This document shows positions 20,501-29,191 of a stretch of 64,000 nucleotides of DNA, piece by piece; position 1 is the stretch's first letter; the number at the start of each line of letters is the position of its first letter. The stretch spans positions 64,001 to 128,000 of the forward strand of contig JBNGBT010000006.1 in assembly GCA_049903315.1 (NCBI GenBank). The letters run 5' to 3'. The position numbers and the translations under genes are program-made. This stretch comes from Candidatus Cloacimonadota bacterium (GTDB lineage: Bacteria; Cloacimonadota; Cloacimonadia; JGIOTU-2). Below the pieces are notes generated by a model. The model saw nothing but the letters and a program-made list of their open reading frames with translations. It was not told the origin of the DNA and made no database searches.

Positions 20501-23500
20501 TGAATTATGAAGATATTAACCAGGATGGTGTGCTCGATGTAGGTGAAGATGTGGGGCTTGATAATGTGCAGGGCACAGACCCGGTGCCACCAAAAAACCA
20601 TGATTTTGACGATACTCCAGACGTTGATGATGGCAATGACGACTATATTTATACTGCGGGTTCATCAAATTATAGTGGCATCAACGGTGATGAAGTGAAT
20701 GGACGGTTAGACACCGAAGACCTGAACAGGAACTTTGTACTCGACACCAGAAATAATTATTTCCAATATGCAATCGACCTGACAAACATCGATCCTGAGA
20801 TTCTTATTTCTGAATATAATGATTGGAAATATATCCGCATTCCTTTGCAGGATTCACTTTACTTTAAACCTCTTGGTGAAGGAAATATTGCTTGGAACTA
20901 TATACAAAGTGCTCGTTTGTGGATGAAGACAGAAACCACAGATGACCTGATTATAGATATAGAGACGTTCGAACTGGTCGGCAACAAATGGACGGCTTCA
21001 ACCATAATGGATACTACACTCCACAAGCCAGCCGATCTGCAGCCGGATGAAGCATTTGAAGTGGCAACAGAAAACAACTCCAATAATCTCGACTACACGC
21101 CACCTCCCGGTTCTTTAACTGGAGATGATGATAAAGAAAAAGAGATAGAGCAGTCGCTCGTATTGAATATACAAAATCTTGAGTCGGATAGATACATTTA
21201 TGCAAAGGAGACATTTTCAGAAAAAATAGATCTGCTCAATTACAGCAAAGTGAAATTATGGGTGTATGCACAGCATGCGACCGGACCACCGCCCAATGCA
21301 TCAGATACTGAAACAATTATTTTCCGTCTTGGTTCAGACACGCTGAACTATTACGAATATCGGCAGTCCGTGCAGGTATATGATGATATTGACTCAAAAA
21401 TGACTGAGAGCTACTGGCAGGATATTACGATTGATTTCACAGAATTTACAGATCTGAAAAAAAGCGATATTCCGGACACTACTGCCCACCTCAGAATGGT
21501 TGGCACTCCTTCTCTGGGGTATATCAAGCAGGTAGCAGTGGGACTAATACGACCGGATAGTATGGAAACTTCTTTCAGCGGACGTATTTTCTTTGATGAT
21601 ATTCGTGTGAGTGATCCCTATAGCGAGATTGGAATGGCAACCCGGTTAACGCTTGATACAAAAATTGCAGATTTTGCAGATATACTTATAAATTTTGAAA
21701 GGAAGACTCCCAATTTCTACTCTCTCGGTGCAAGAGCAGGCAGCGGATCGGACAGTTATTCCTATTCTTTAAGAAATAATCTTTATCTTAATAAATTTAT
21801 GCCCGACGCATGGGGCTTTAACATTCCTGTGAAATTCGATTATTCCTATGGAGAAAGCAAGCCTCGTTTCCAGCCGAATTCGGACGTGAAACTCATTACA
21901 CCGGAAGAAAAAAATAAATATAAAACGACCAACGAAACAAAATCTGCATCGATTTCTCTGAGAAAAAGCAAGGCTTCGACAAACTTCTTTGCTAAGCTCT
22001 TTCTTGATAATACCTTTATCAGAGCAGAAGTAAGGCACACGAAATCTCTCTCTCCAACTAAGCGTGATACAACCTATAAATATACAGGAACATTGAATTA
22101 CGCTTTGAATTTCAACAAAACCAAACATGATCTGAAAATATTTGAAAAATTCAGTGTATACTACCTTCCTCAAAAAATTACAATTAATACGGATTATAAT
22201 TATACAAAATACAATACATGGACTAAGCAGAGCCAGGATACATTGTTCACAAATGATGAAAAGGCACCTGAGCATACACTTAATCCGAAACTTACCGTAA
22301 AATACGAGATGTTTACTGATTTTGATGCGGATTATATTCTCAACATGACACGTGATCTTGAAAAGAAAAATAAAGTCGGGAAAACGAATATCGGAGTAGA
22401 GACTGCCAGAAATCAAGATGTAACCCTGAAATATGTCCCGGACTATATGAAAAAGTTAAATTTCAATACACAGTATAAAACTTTGTATAAACAAAACCGC
22501 AGAGAAAATCTTCAAAATGACACCCTGAACATTCTATATGAAGTAGAAAATGAACGTAAAGCTTCGGCAAACATCACACTAAAATTCGATAAATATGGAG
22601 AATATATTATGGGGCTCATTGAGATTGATGAAGAGGTGAAAGAAGAGAAAGTAAAACCTAAAGAGGAATTGATCGAGAAGGAACCAGAAAAGGAAATTGA
22701 GGAGATAGATGAAAAAGAGCTTGAAGATAGAGAGAAACAAAATGAACTTGAAAAACAGGAAAAAGGCAAGGAAGAGCCGAAAAATGAAATAAAAGAAGAG
22801 ATTGTTGATTCTGTTGATGTAGAAATAGACACTCCTGAAGGTGAAGAAGAAGTCATAATAGAAGAGAAAACAACGTCATTCGGATTTAAAAATATCGCAC
22901 TCTATACTACAAAAGCTATTGGATTCTGTATTAATAAAATCGGTTCGGTGGATCTTAGTTATTCAAATACATACAGGACAAAATACAAAGTTTCCCCTGA
23001 TTCATTACCTGATCTCTATTATCAGCTTGGACTCAGGGATAAAACATTCGGGCAAGAACAATCCGTAGCTCAGATCGATGCCTTCTCCGGGAACACACGA
23101 ACACAATTCAGATTTTTTACACACTTGAGTACAGAGGTTTCGGCAAAATACAATCTTGATTTGAATAGAAGTTCCGGTACTAAGACAAAAACAGAATCAA
23201 TTACTTTACCCGGAATCATTCTTGGCTACGACGGATTAGATGAAATTCTGAAAGTGAAATTTTTTAAGGGCAGCAATATCTCCTCGAGTTTTTCCCGTAT
23301 GATCTCTAATACTGGAAATGGATTCTGGAATACTCCGGATCGCACAACAGAAAAATTTATGTTCAGTCCGCTCATTTCATTTAATACAAAGCTCCTTAAT
23401 AAAATAAATATAAATCTCGGTTTCAATTATAACTTCAGCAACCAGATAAGTTATGTAGAAAATAACAAGAAAACACGAACCGATGAAGCGGGTTTCAGTG

Positions 23501-23820
23501 CGACTTTCCGCTATTCGTTCCAGTCTGCCAAAGGTGTCAAAATTCCTCTGCTCGGACGCTTGAATATGACCAATAAGACCGACATGGACCTCGATATCAG
23601 TTATACTTCAAGTAGTTCTCAATCTGAGAATAGCGTGACCGGCAAGTGGGATTATTCTCTAAACAAAAATACACTCAAGATCGAACCAAGAGTCGCGTAT
23701 AATTTCAGCAAAGATATCAATGCAGGACTCACTGCGCGTTATGAAGCTCAAAAGGATGTGAAAGCAGGCACTTCAACTACAACAACAGCGATAAATATCT
23801 GGGTCGAATTCAAATTTTAA
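17521..23820 (+). CDS. sprA: SprA/Sov-like T9SS outer-membrane translocon
   Basis: 2099 aa; LNLGISGTIGKKI, EAGDTRLSL, LFGIKGEFEFG, KNIYSLG, GSEKVYVDG...DYEIDYFSG, AYIDDME, DTEDLN; long C-terminal region of amphipathic beta-strands ending in Phe. Confidence 0.85.
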   Translation: MKAKSVFFIGTLFFVAAGYTFLQHNTIQAETIIQKGEEKSHEKTIEVTDSTGKTQKDTLLIAADTLFIEKPELGIVDTISYADTLNLTKEHGKQQDSVEVVPKKITYTHRVSSFPSLFHHTISMPLMAKKDSAEVLEYLKKEAFPQKKFSRYFINSQLYEHTDEFDIRKRRVLIKSSFGGARVHAPFALGLENYVNMRFREQLYEYLYDDIEQAEQLRVQNRQAQGIIPDIEFPKIKMPKAMRRFFGDNIGRLKVTGSQKITIGGSSTKRKPETATESSNKGFFPDLKMEQKLNLGISGTIGKKIKVDVRQTSDESIFEKNKISIKYVGDEDDPIKLIEAGDTRLSLSGSQFISYSASSENLFGIKGEFEFGKLKLTTIVSQQEGQQASASATGNAVEQETEYMDKNFVRNKYFLFNEPDSLFVGPDNLPVNPDTLPMTKWSYLTQKVPKDASVRIFIDDGRVDPNDVTGYDLDGNEYKFYELTDPINDFLIDYLNSPYMIEFGVGISNNYAIGVIYEERSGKKWGSWPQGGTLEVKMIKKNYNVTAEDLPEAKWGYQIKNIYSLGGQNIDPKGFEMKIYYYPPGSGGEAVYGIIDSNNVLHKFVDILNLDTNGDGIVNANDETVDLEKGIAQFRMWEPFQPHWFSDYSSTLGNPMVYNELNPDPTEDDYNPFYLGVKSNKVGSTINLGHINIIEGSEKVYVDGVLLKKGIDYEIDYFSGTVRLKGDAASDPNADVKVDFEYQPFFNIDKKSMFGIRADYEFNKNAKVGATFMYEGGSTGNKHVKVGGEPTKIFIGDIDGSVRADLPFVTDLVDMIPLVRTNEKSSVSLSGEVAMNIPNPNATDNGEAYIDDMEAINEILSVGISRTEYDFASHPIGIDSLMADTLVTRITRGNFNWYNPHNEFQKKDIYPDLPTDEGREYVSVLECKLEPISLFPNWGGIMKSFGTTAEDFKKKRYLELTIKADDAELGDTLFIDFGTMTEDYYPILKPNGVLNYEDINQDGVLDVGEDVGLDNVQGTDPVPPKNHDFDDTPDVDDGNDDYIYTAGSSNYSGINGDEVNGRLDTEDLNRNFVLDTRNNYFQYAIDLTNIDPEILISEYNDWKYIRIPLQDSLYFKPLGEGNIAWNYIQSARLWMKTETTDDLIIDIETFELVGNKWTASTIMDTTLHKPADLQPDEAFEVATENNSNNLDYTPPPGSLTGDDDKEKEIEQSLVLNIQNLESDRYIYAKETFSEKIDLLNYSKVKLWVYAQHATGPPPNASDTETIIFRLGSDTLNYYEYRQSVQVYDDIDSKMTESYWQDITIDFTEFTDLKKSDIPDTTAHLRMVGTPSLGYIKQVAVGLIRPDSMETSFSGRIFFDDIRVSDPYSEIGMATRLTLDTKIADFADILINFERKTPNFYSLGARAGSGSDSYSYSLRNNLYLNKFMPDAWGFNIPVKFDYSYGESKPRFQPNSDVKLITPEEKNKYKTTNETKSASISLRKSKASTNFFAKLFLDNTFIRAEVRHTKSLSPTKRDTTYKYTGTLNYALNFNKTKHDLKIFEKFSVYYLPQKITINTDYNYTKYNTWTKQSQDTLFTNDEKAPEHTLNPKLTVKYEMFTDFDADYILNMTRDLEKKNKVGKTNIGVETARNQDVTLKYVPDYMKKLNFNTQYKTLYKQNRRENLQNDTLNILYEVENERKASANITLKFDKYGEYIMGLIEIDEEVKEEKVKPKEELIEKEPEKEIEEIDEKELEDREKQNELEKQEKGKEEPKNEIKEEIVDSVDVEIDTPEGEEEVIIEEKTTSFGFKNIALYTTKAIGFCINKIGSVDLSYSNTYRTKYKVSPDSLPDLYYQLGLRDKTFGQEQSVAQIDAFSGNTRTQFRFFTHLSTEVSAKYNLDLNRSSGTKTKTESITLPGIILGYDGLDEILKVKFFKGSNISSSFSRMISNTGNGFWNTPDRTTEKFMFSPLISFNTKLLNKININLGFNYNFSNQISYVENNKKTRTDEAGFSATFRYSFQSAKGVKIPLLGRLNMTNKTDMDLDISYTSSSSQSENSVTGKWDYSLNKNTLKIEPRVAYNFSKDINAGLTARYEAQKDVKAGTSTTTTAINIWVEFKF

Positions 23821-23821
23821 T

Positions 23822-24493
23822 ATGAGGGAACAGGACTATACTCGCCTTATCGCAGTGGGGGATATTCATGGGCAGTTTGACATGCTTCGGGAATTGATGG
23901 AAAAAATCAAACCTTCGCAAAACGATTTTTTTATTTTCATTGGCGATTATATTGATCGGGGATATAAAAGTAGAGCGGTGCTCGATTACCTGATTGAATT
24001 TGCACAAAAATACAATGTGGTTTTTCTGAGAGGGAATCACGAGGATATGCTGCTGGATTTATTGGGCTTGGATGAGAACGCTATAAACGGTGCGTATTAT
24101 GCACGCAATGGTGGAGAATTTACCGCACTTTCTTATGGTAATGCAGACTCAACAGTCGAAGATCTCGCACTGCTTATTCCCCAAGAGCACATTCAATTTA
24201 TGAAGAATACAAAGATATTTTTTGAGACAGAGCATTATTTTTTTGTGCATGGCGGCGTGATGCCGGGAGTTCCATTTAATGAGCAGAAACGGGAAGTTAT
24301 GTTATGGATAAGATACCAGTTCATTTATTATCCGACAGGATTGAATAAGATTGTCGTGTTCGGGCATAGTCCACAGCGAAAAGTATTGATAGAAAATGAC
24401 AAGATCGGTATAGATACGGGAGCGGGATATTTCAAGAAATTGAGTGCGATCGATTTGTTTTCAAAAGAAATATTTCAGGTGAGTTATGGGTAG
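23822..24493 (+). CDS. Metallophosphoesterase, PPP-family Ser/Thr phosphatase-like
   Basis: GDIHG, GDYIDRG, RGNHE, HGG, GHSP, IDTG motifs. Confidence 0.9.
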   Translation: MREQDYTRLIAVGDIHGQFDMLRELMEKIKPSQNDFFIFIGDYIDRGYKSRAVLDYLIEFAQKYNVVFLRGNHEDMLLDLLGLDENAINGAYYARNGGEFTALSYGNADSTVEDLALLIPQEHIQFMKNTKIFFETEHYFFVHGGVMPGVPFNEQKREVMLWIRYQFIYYPTGLNKIVVFGHSPQRKVLIENDKIGIDTGAGYFKKLSAIDLFSKEIFQVSYG

Positions 24494-24566
24494 GTTGATT
24501 TTCCGAATTATCTGGTTAATAAATTCTTAAACTAAAAGTTCCAATTTAAATAAAGTAATTCAAGAC

Positions 24567-24632
24567 TTGAGTTAAGAATCCGCCAGCGGAGATTTGACTT
24601 AAGGATTGAATTTCCCATCGTTCTTAACTCAA
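24567..24632. repeat. 66-bp element bounded by a perfect 12-bp inverted repeat, with an internal hairpin
   Basis: TTGAGTTAAGAA (24567-24578) and TTCTTAACTCAA (24621-24632); internal TCCGC-CA-GCGGA. Lies between convergent genes. Confidence 0.55.
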
Positions 24633-24742
24633 CGCCTTCTGTCTTCGTACTTGAATATAATACTCCGAGAAAACTCCATCATAATACATGAAGGTATTAT
24701 ATCATGGCAGGTCGGCTGTTAAGTCACGTCCGATGGATGGTT

Positions 24743-25195
24743 TTAAAAATTATACCTCAACGACATGCCCAATCCTTCAAACTCAAAATCTAATTTTTTC
24801 TTCTTTTCATTATAATTAAACATCTTTGCATCGACATATGCATCGAGCAATGCGACTAATTTTACTGTAGCCCACCACCATATCATATTCTGCTGCTGCT
24901 GATAATAATAATTATACTCATCGTAATGTGCCTGAGTGTGGGTCTGTTTATATAATGAATATGCATCATTCATTTTTGTATGATAATGTATTGCGGTTCC
25001 AATAAGCAGCGATTCGGTGAGAATATCAATTCCGGCTTTGACGTATTGCTTGTTGTATATCTGTCCTCCGCCGGGAATGACCGACCAAAGCAATGCTTTT
25101 GTGGAACTGCGTCCTGTGTTAAAAGCTTTTTCTTCTGCATGAAGATTTATAGAAAAAATGGCAACTAACAATGCCAACAGCCAGATCTTTTTCAT
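24743..25195 (-). CDS. DUF5683-like exported/membrane protein
   Basis: Signal peptide; KALLWSVIPGGGQIYN and LDAYVDA motifs. Confidence 0.7.
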   Translation of the reverse strand: MKKIWLLALLVAIFSINLHAEEKAFNTGRSSTKALLWSVIPGGGQIYNKQYVKAGIDILTESLLIGTAIHYHTKMNDAYSLYKQTHTQAHYDEYNYYYQQQQNMIWWWATVKLVALLDAYVDAKMFNYNEKKKKLDFEFEGLGMSLRYNF

Positions 25196-26112
25196 TATTC
25201 CTCACTTTCTGCAATCTTGATGTGCGTCGGTCTCAGATGGAGGACAAATCCGCTCAAAGTGGGAATGAGAATATTGATCGCAAATAGAATCAGAGACGCA
25301 CTCGCCGCTTGCCCGGGTTCTATTAAAAGCTGTTTGAAAAAATATACCGAAGCAAGTTCGCGCAGTCCAAGTCCACTAAAAGTAATGGGGATCGCATTTA
25401 CCAGCATTACTATTGAAATGAAAAAGAAGGAGCTGAATATATTTACTGGCTTGAATGCATTAAGGATAAGGTAAAATTGGAAAATATACACAAACACAAA
25501 AAGAAGGGAAATGAAGAATATCTTCCCGGTGTGCACTTTCTTTAGGATTGCAGTAAATTTTTTGAAGTAGGGAAGATGCTGCGCAATATTTTTTGAGAAG
25601 AACATCAAAATCAGCACTATAATTGCTGCGATCAAATAATATAAACTCTCATGAAAACTCAGGGAAATGAATCCGAAGAGCATAAGAGAGCAAAATGCAA
25701 AAAATTTCTCATAAAATGCAAGAACCACCATCTCATCTTTTTTGGAGTTCGTGATATGAAATGCTCTTCCTATTTCGCCAAGTCTTGCAGGAGTGAAAAT
25801 GCTGTATGAAAAGCTGTAAAGGATCGATGAAAGGATCTCTTTATTAGAAACTTTTTCTTTGCTCAAAGTGACGAGGAATTTCCATCGTATTGATTGCAGG
25901 AAGAGATTAAGGGGTAGGAGCAGCAATGCAAAGATGACCCAGAGCACATCTGCATTTTTCAAGGCAGAAAGTATCTGTTGTGGTTTTATGATATAGAAAA
26001 GAAATATCAGAAAAAGAACGCTGATTATGATCTTAAAAATGAGGTGAGATTTCTTTTTTAGCATAGGAATAGAGCTCGCGGCTGAATATTTCTGATTTAT
26101 TTTCGTTTTCAT
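25195..26112 (-). CDS. Lysylphosphatidylglycerol synthase TM / UPF0104 flippase-like membrane protein
   Basis: Multi-TM; RWKFL, TPARLGEIGR, IPITFSGLGLRE. Confidence 0.8.
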   Translation of the reverse strand: MKTKINQKYSAASSIPMLKKKSHLIFKIIISVLFLIFLFYIIKPQQILSALKNADVLWVIFALLLLPLNLFLQSIRWKFLVTLSKEKVSNKEILSSILYSFSYSIFTPARLGEIGRAFHITNSKKDEMVVLAFYEKFFAFCSLMLFGFISLSFHESLYYLIAAIIVLILMFFSKNIAQHLPYFKKFTAILKKVHTGKIFFISLLFVFVYIFQFYLILNAFKPVNIFSSFFFISIVMLVNAIPITFSGLGLRELASVYFFKQLLIEPGQAASASLILFAINILIPTLSGFVLHLRPTHIKIAESEE

Positions 26113-26150
26113 TATTACATTTTTTTATCAGTGTTTATCAGCATAAACTT

Positions 26151-26168
26151 GTCCGCCCACTAGCGGAT
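26151..26168. repeat. REP-like 18-bp palindrome, copy 1
   Basis: GTCCGCCCACTAGCGGAT; 17/18 identical to the reverse complement of 58461-58478. Confidence 0.6.
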
Positions 26169-26193
26169 CAGTGTTAATCTGTGATCCATTCTT

Positions 26194-27129
26194 CTATTCT
26201 TCAAGAAGACTACTCATAAGAAGCGGGAACATGATCTCGTGATGACCGACAAAATGGAAGCCCTTCCCGCCGCATGCGGTCGGACGGTGAACGATATTCG
26301 TCATGGGTCTATAATGCTTTATCATATCAAAAACTGCCGTGTAGAAATTGTTTACTTCGTAGCCAAGATTGCGAACAATAGTTAAAGCCTTCAGAAATAC
26401 TTCCGGCAACACAACTGCGGAGCCAAACGAGAGAAGCACACCGCCTTCATTGAGGTCTTTGATAATATTCGTAAATATCTTGAAGTCCTTGTAACTGGCA
26501 CCACCGAGTGCAGCGCCATCTGCCTGCGGATGCTGATGAATGATGTCCGTACCGATCGCTGCATGCACGGTGATGGGGACATCGTATTCATATGCTTTTG
26601 CAAATACACTGTAGTCCCAGTAAGGAGGTTGTTCCTCAAAGATGAATTTGCCAAGTGCTTCGCCATAGCCAAGGTCATTTTCAAAGCCCTCGGAAATGAC
26701 TTCATTGATGATCCTTCCGGTTTCAGCTCCCATGCCGAAGCTGCCGTCCTCGAGTGCAGTTTCGACATCTTCGGATGTTTTGCCGAAAAAGGCGATCTCG
26801 AAATCATGGATGCCGACCGAACCATTCACTGCAATTGCAGAAATAACTTCCTGTTCGATCGCTCGGTTCACAAGTGGAGAAAGCCCGCATTTGATAAGAT
26901 GTCCGCCGAACATAAGAATGATTGGTTTCTGATCGATGATGGCACCTTTTGCATGACGGATCAATTCTTTTAAATCCTTTGCTGTGAGTATATTGGGCAG
27001 ACTTTTCACAAATTCATTTGTATTCACGAATTCATCTGATACGAAATCTTTTACATGCACCTTGCTTGGGCGGTCTTCGACAGAATATGTGTTAACGTCG
27101 CTTAAATCGATTTCTTCATATTTTGACAT
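26194..27129 (-). CDS. Conserved hypothetical protein, deoxyhypusine-synthase-like (GSU2086-type) family
   Basis: RPSKV, GGHLIKCGL, IHDFEIA, VHAAIGTDIIH, GSAVVLPEVFLKAL, GHHEIM. Confidence 0.65.
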   Translation of the reverse strand: MSKYEEIDLSDVNTYSVEDRPSKVHVKDFVSDEFVNTNEFVKSLPNILTAKDLKELIRHAKGAIIDQKPIILMFGGHLIKCGLSPLVNRAIEQEVISAIAVNGSVGIHDFEIAFFGKTSEDVETALEDGSFGMGAETGRIINEVISEGFENDLGYGEALGKFIFEEQPPYWDYSVFAKAYEYDVPITVHAAIGTDIIHQHPQADGAALGGASYKDFKIFTNIIKDLNEGGVLLSFGSAVVLPEVFLKALTIVRNLGYEVNNFYTAVFDMIKHYRPMTNIVHRPTACGGKGFHFVGHHEIMFPLLMSSLLEE

Positions 27130-27180
27130 ATTATTCTTCTTCGGGGCTGGAGCCCCTGTTCTATTTTATCCTGAGTCTAT

Positions 27181-27864
27181 TTATACTAATTTTTCGCGTA
27201 TCCAATAATGCAGAGGGGTCATAGCTTTGTAAATATTATAACACCACGTAATGAAATCGGATGAGAAGAGTGCTTCAGGTGGAGGGCATTCGTGCCAGGT
27301 GTATATCCCTTTAAATTTGAGGAGTTCGGCATATTTGTAATCTTTATCATAACCACGCGGAACGTTTCTCGACCCATCTCCACCAGCCCCGTATCCTGCC
27401 TTTTTAATTTCTTGGAAGACCTTGAGAAGTCTCTCTGCTTCTCTTGGTTTTGAAACGATCTCGCGATAGTTCTCAAGAATGTCTTTGGGAAATATGTACA
27501 GTCCCAGACCAATGAACACTTTTTGTGAGTCGATATGCAGGTAGTAGCCGGAATTGTCATTTTTCTTTCTGGGACCATCCCAGAAAAAGAATGCAAGATG
27601 GGTTTTATAAGGTGTCTTGTCCTTGCTGAATCGGATGTCGCGATGAATGCGGAAGATCGTTTTATCTACTTTCGGAATTGCATGAACATCCGGTGAGAGT
27701 TCGCGGAGTTTATCTCCCATTTCCATCACAAAATGCTGTGCAGGGGTAAGCACAAAAGTCTCATATTCAGCTCTGTGCTTCTCAAACCAGTCGCGAGAAT
27801 TATGAGCGGCAAGCTGTCCATAAAATGTGAGTAATTTTTTATCGAATCCTTTGAAAATATCCAT
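27181..27864 (-). CDS. DUF2461 (TIGR02453) family protein
   Basis: NSRDWFEKHRAEY, FRIHRDIRFSKDKTPYK. Confidence 0.85.
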   Translation of the reverse strand: MDIFKGFDKKLLTFYGQLAAHNSRDWFEKHRAEYETFVLTPAQHFVMEMGDKLRELSPDVHAIPKVDKTIFRIHRDIRFSKDKTPYKTHLAFFFWDGPRKKNDNSGYYLHIDSQKVFIGLGLYIFPKDILENYREIVSKPREAERLLKVFQEIKKAGYGAGGDGSRNVPRGYDKDYKYAELLKFKGIYTWHECPPPEALFSSDFITWCYNIYKAMTPLHYWIREKLV

Positions 27865-27866
27865 AC

Positions 27867-28289
27867 TTATAATTGAACATTCTCTGATGTTTGTTCGCCC
27901 GGACGCATGTATTCAAACATATCAACATGAAGTTGGAGTAAGATATAACTTGGATCTTCCGGGTCCTGCCAGTAATGACTGATGTAAGAGAAATCATCGA
28001 TGAATTTCTTGCGGATTTTAATGTCTTCAACGAACTCGACCTGTCCCGAACCACGAATGGAGCCATTCTCAACACCTTTTTCAACCAGATAACAGAATTC
28101 GAAATGAGGATTCTCTCTCAGTTGAGGAGTTTTTGCATCATTTTCACCAGTGGCAACCCAGAATTTGTTATCGACAAATAGCAACAGCATGGGCCGCACA
28201 TAAGGGCGTTCCTTGTCGCACGTTGCAAAGAAAACTGTCTGCATTTCTTTGAAATAGGAGAGTATTTCTTCTTTAATATTTTCTACCAT
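27867..28289 (-). CDS. Pyridoxamine 5'-phosphate oxidase-like FMN-binding split-barrel protein
   Basis: FFATCDKERPYVRPM, KTPQLRENPH, WQDPEDP; GGAG RBS before ATG 28289. Confidence 0.75.
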   Translation of the reverse strand: MVENIKEEILSYFKEMQTVFFATCDKERPYVRPMLLLFVDNKFWVATGENDAKTPQLRENPHFEFCYLVEKGVENGSIRGSGQVEFVEDIKIRKKFIDDFSYISHYWQDPEDPSYILLQLHVDMFEYMRPGEQTSENVQL

Positions 28290-28331
28290 ATTCTTATCTC
28301 CATCAAACAAGATCGGAATCTTGTTTTACTT

Positions 28332-28355
28332 GTAGCTCAACATTCCGATGTTGAG
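28332..28355 (+). repeat. GTAG-headed REP-like palindrome
   Basis: GTAG + CTCAACAT-TCCG-ATGTTGAG, a perfect 8-bp stem, in intergenic DNA. Confidence 0.5.
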
Positions 28356-28409
28356 TAATAGGAATAATTCCTTTGAAAATTGAGTTATGTTTATTCATGA
28401 GTGATTCTT

Positions 28410-28976
28410 TCATTTTGAAACAAGATTGGAATCTTGTTTTACTTTATTTGGATGATAATACCGATCTCTTTCGCTGTAGATGCATCCGCAATATTGCTGA
28501 CGGTACATCCCTTCAGTTTTAGATCGTTCGATGCCCTCTTTCCAGAATTCGCGAAGATCTTTATAAAGGAATTTCACCCCATATTCTTTTGCAAGGGTTT
28601 CTGCGATGTCTTTCATTAATTCGTGATCCTGAAATTTGCTGTAAAACAAAGTTGATGTAAAATAATCGAATTTGCCCTTTCGAGCATATTTAGCTGTCTG
28701 TTCCAATCTATCCTGGTAACATATCCTGCAGCGTTCATGTTCTCTAAACACAACATTTCGAAGCCACTTTTCAAGGGGATATTCTCTGTTAAAGATCATT
28801 GGAAGGTCGTAATTTTTCTCAAACGTCTCAACTTCTTCCAATCTCTTTTGATACTCCTGGTAGGGTTGGATATTCGGATTATACCAGAATCCCGTGATGT
28901 CGAATTCATCCTTAAGATGTTCGTATGGTGCGATAAAGCACGGCGCACAACAAATATGAAAAAGCAACTTTTTCAT
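28410..28976 (-). CDS. queH: Epoxyqueuosine reductase QueH (DUF208)
   Basis: HICCAPC, YNPNIQP, RCRICY, YRQQYCGC. Confidence 0.9.
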   Translation of the reverse strand: MKKLLFHICCAPCFIAPYEHLKDEFDITGFWYNPNIQPYQEYQKRLEEVETFEKNYDLPMIFNREYPLEKWLRNVVFREHERCRICYQDRLEQTAKYARKGKFDYFTSTLFYSKFQDHELMKDIAETLAKEYGVKFLYKDLREFWKEGIERSKTEGMYRQQYCGCIYSERDRYYHPNKVKQDSNLVSK

Positions 28977-29033
28977 TAATTTCTAAATCCTAATATCTAA
29001 TTCCTAATGAAAATCCAAAGTTCAAATTCCAAA

Positions 29034-29139
29034 TCATTTGTTTTTTCGTGATTTAATAATAATTGAAGAGAAGATCAAATTCAATAGTGTCTTCACCAAA
29101 TCTTGTAGTTCTTTCATCAAGATCGAATTTTTTATTCAT
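29034..29139 (-). pseudogene. Internally deleted four-helix-bundle (TIGR02436 / 23S-IVS-like) gene remnant
   Basis: MNKKFDLDERTTRFGEDTIEF joined out of frame to LNLIFSSIIIKSRKNK*; flanked by degenerate, mutually complementary short repeats. Confidence 0.65.
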
Positions 29140-29191
29140 TTGACATTAGTCATTTTATTAGAAATTAGAAATTTGACATTCGACATTGTTC

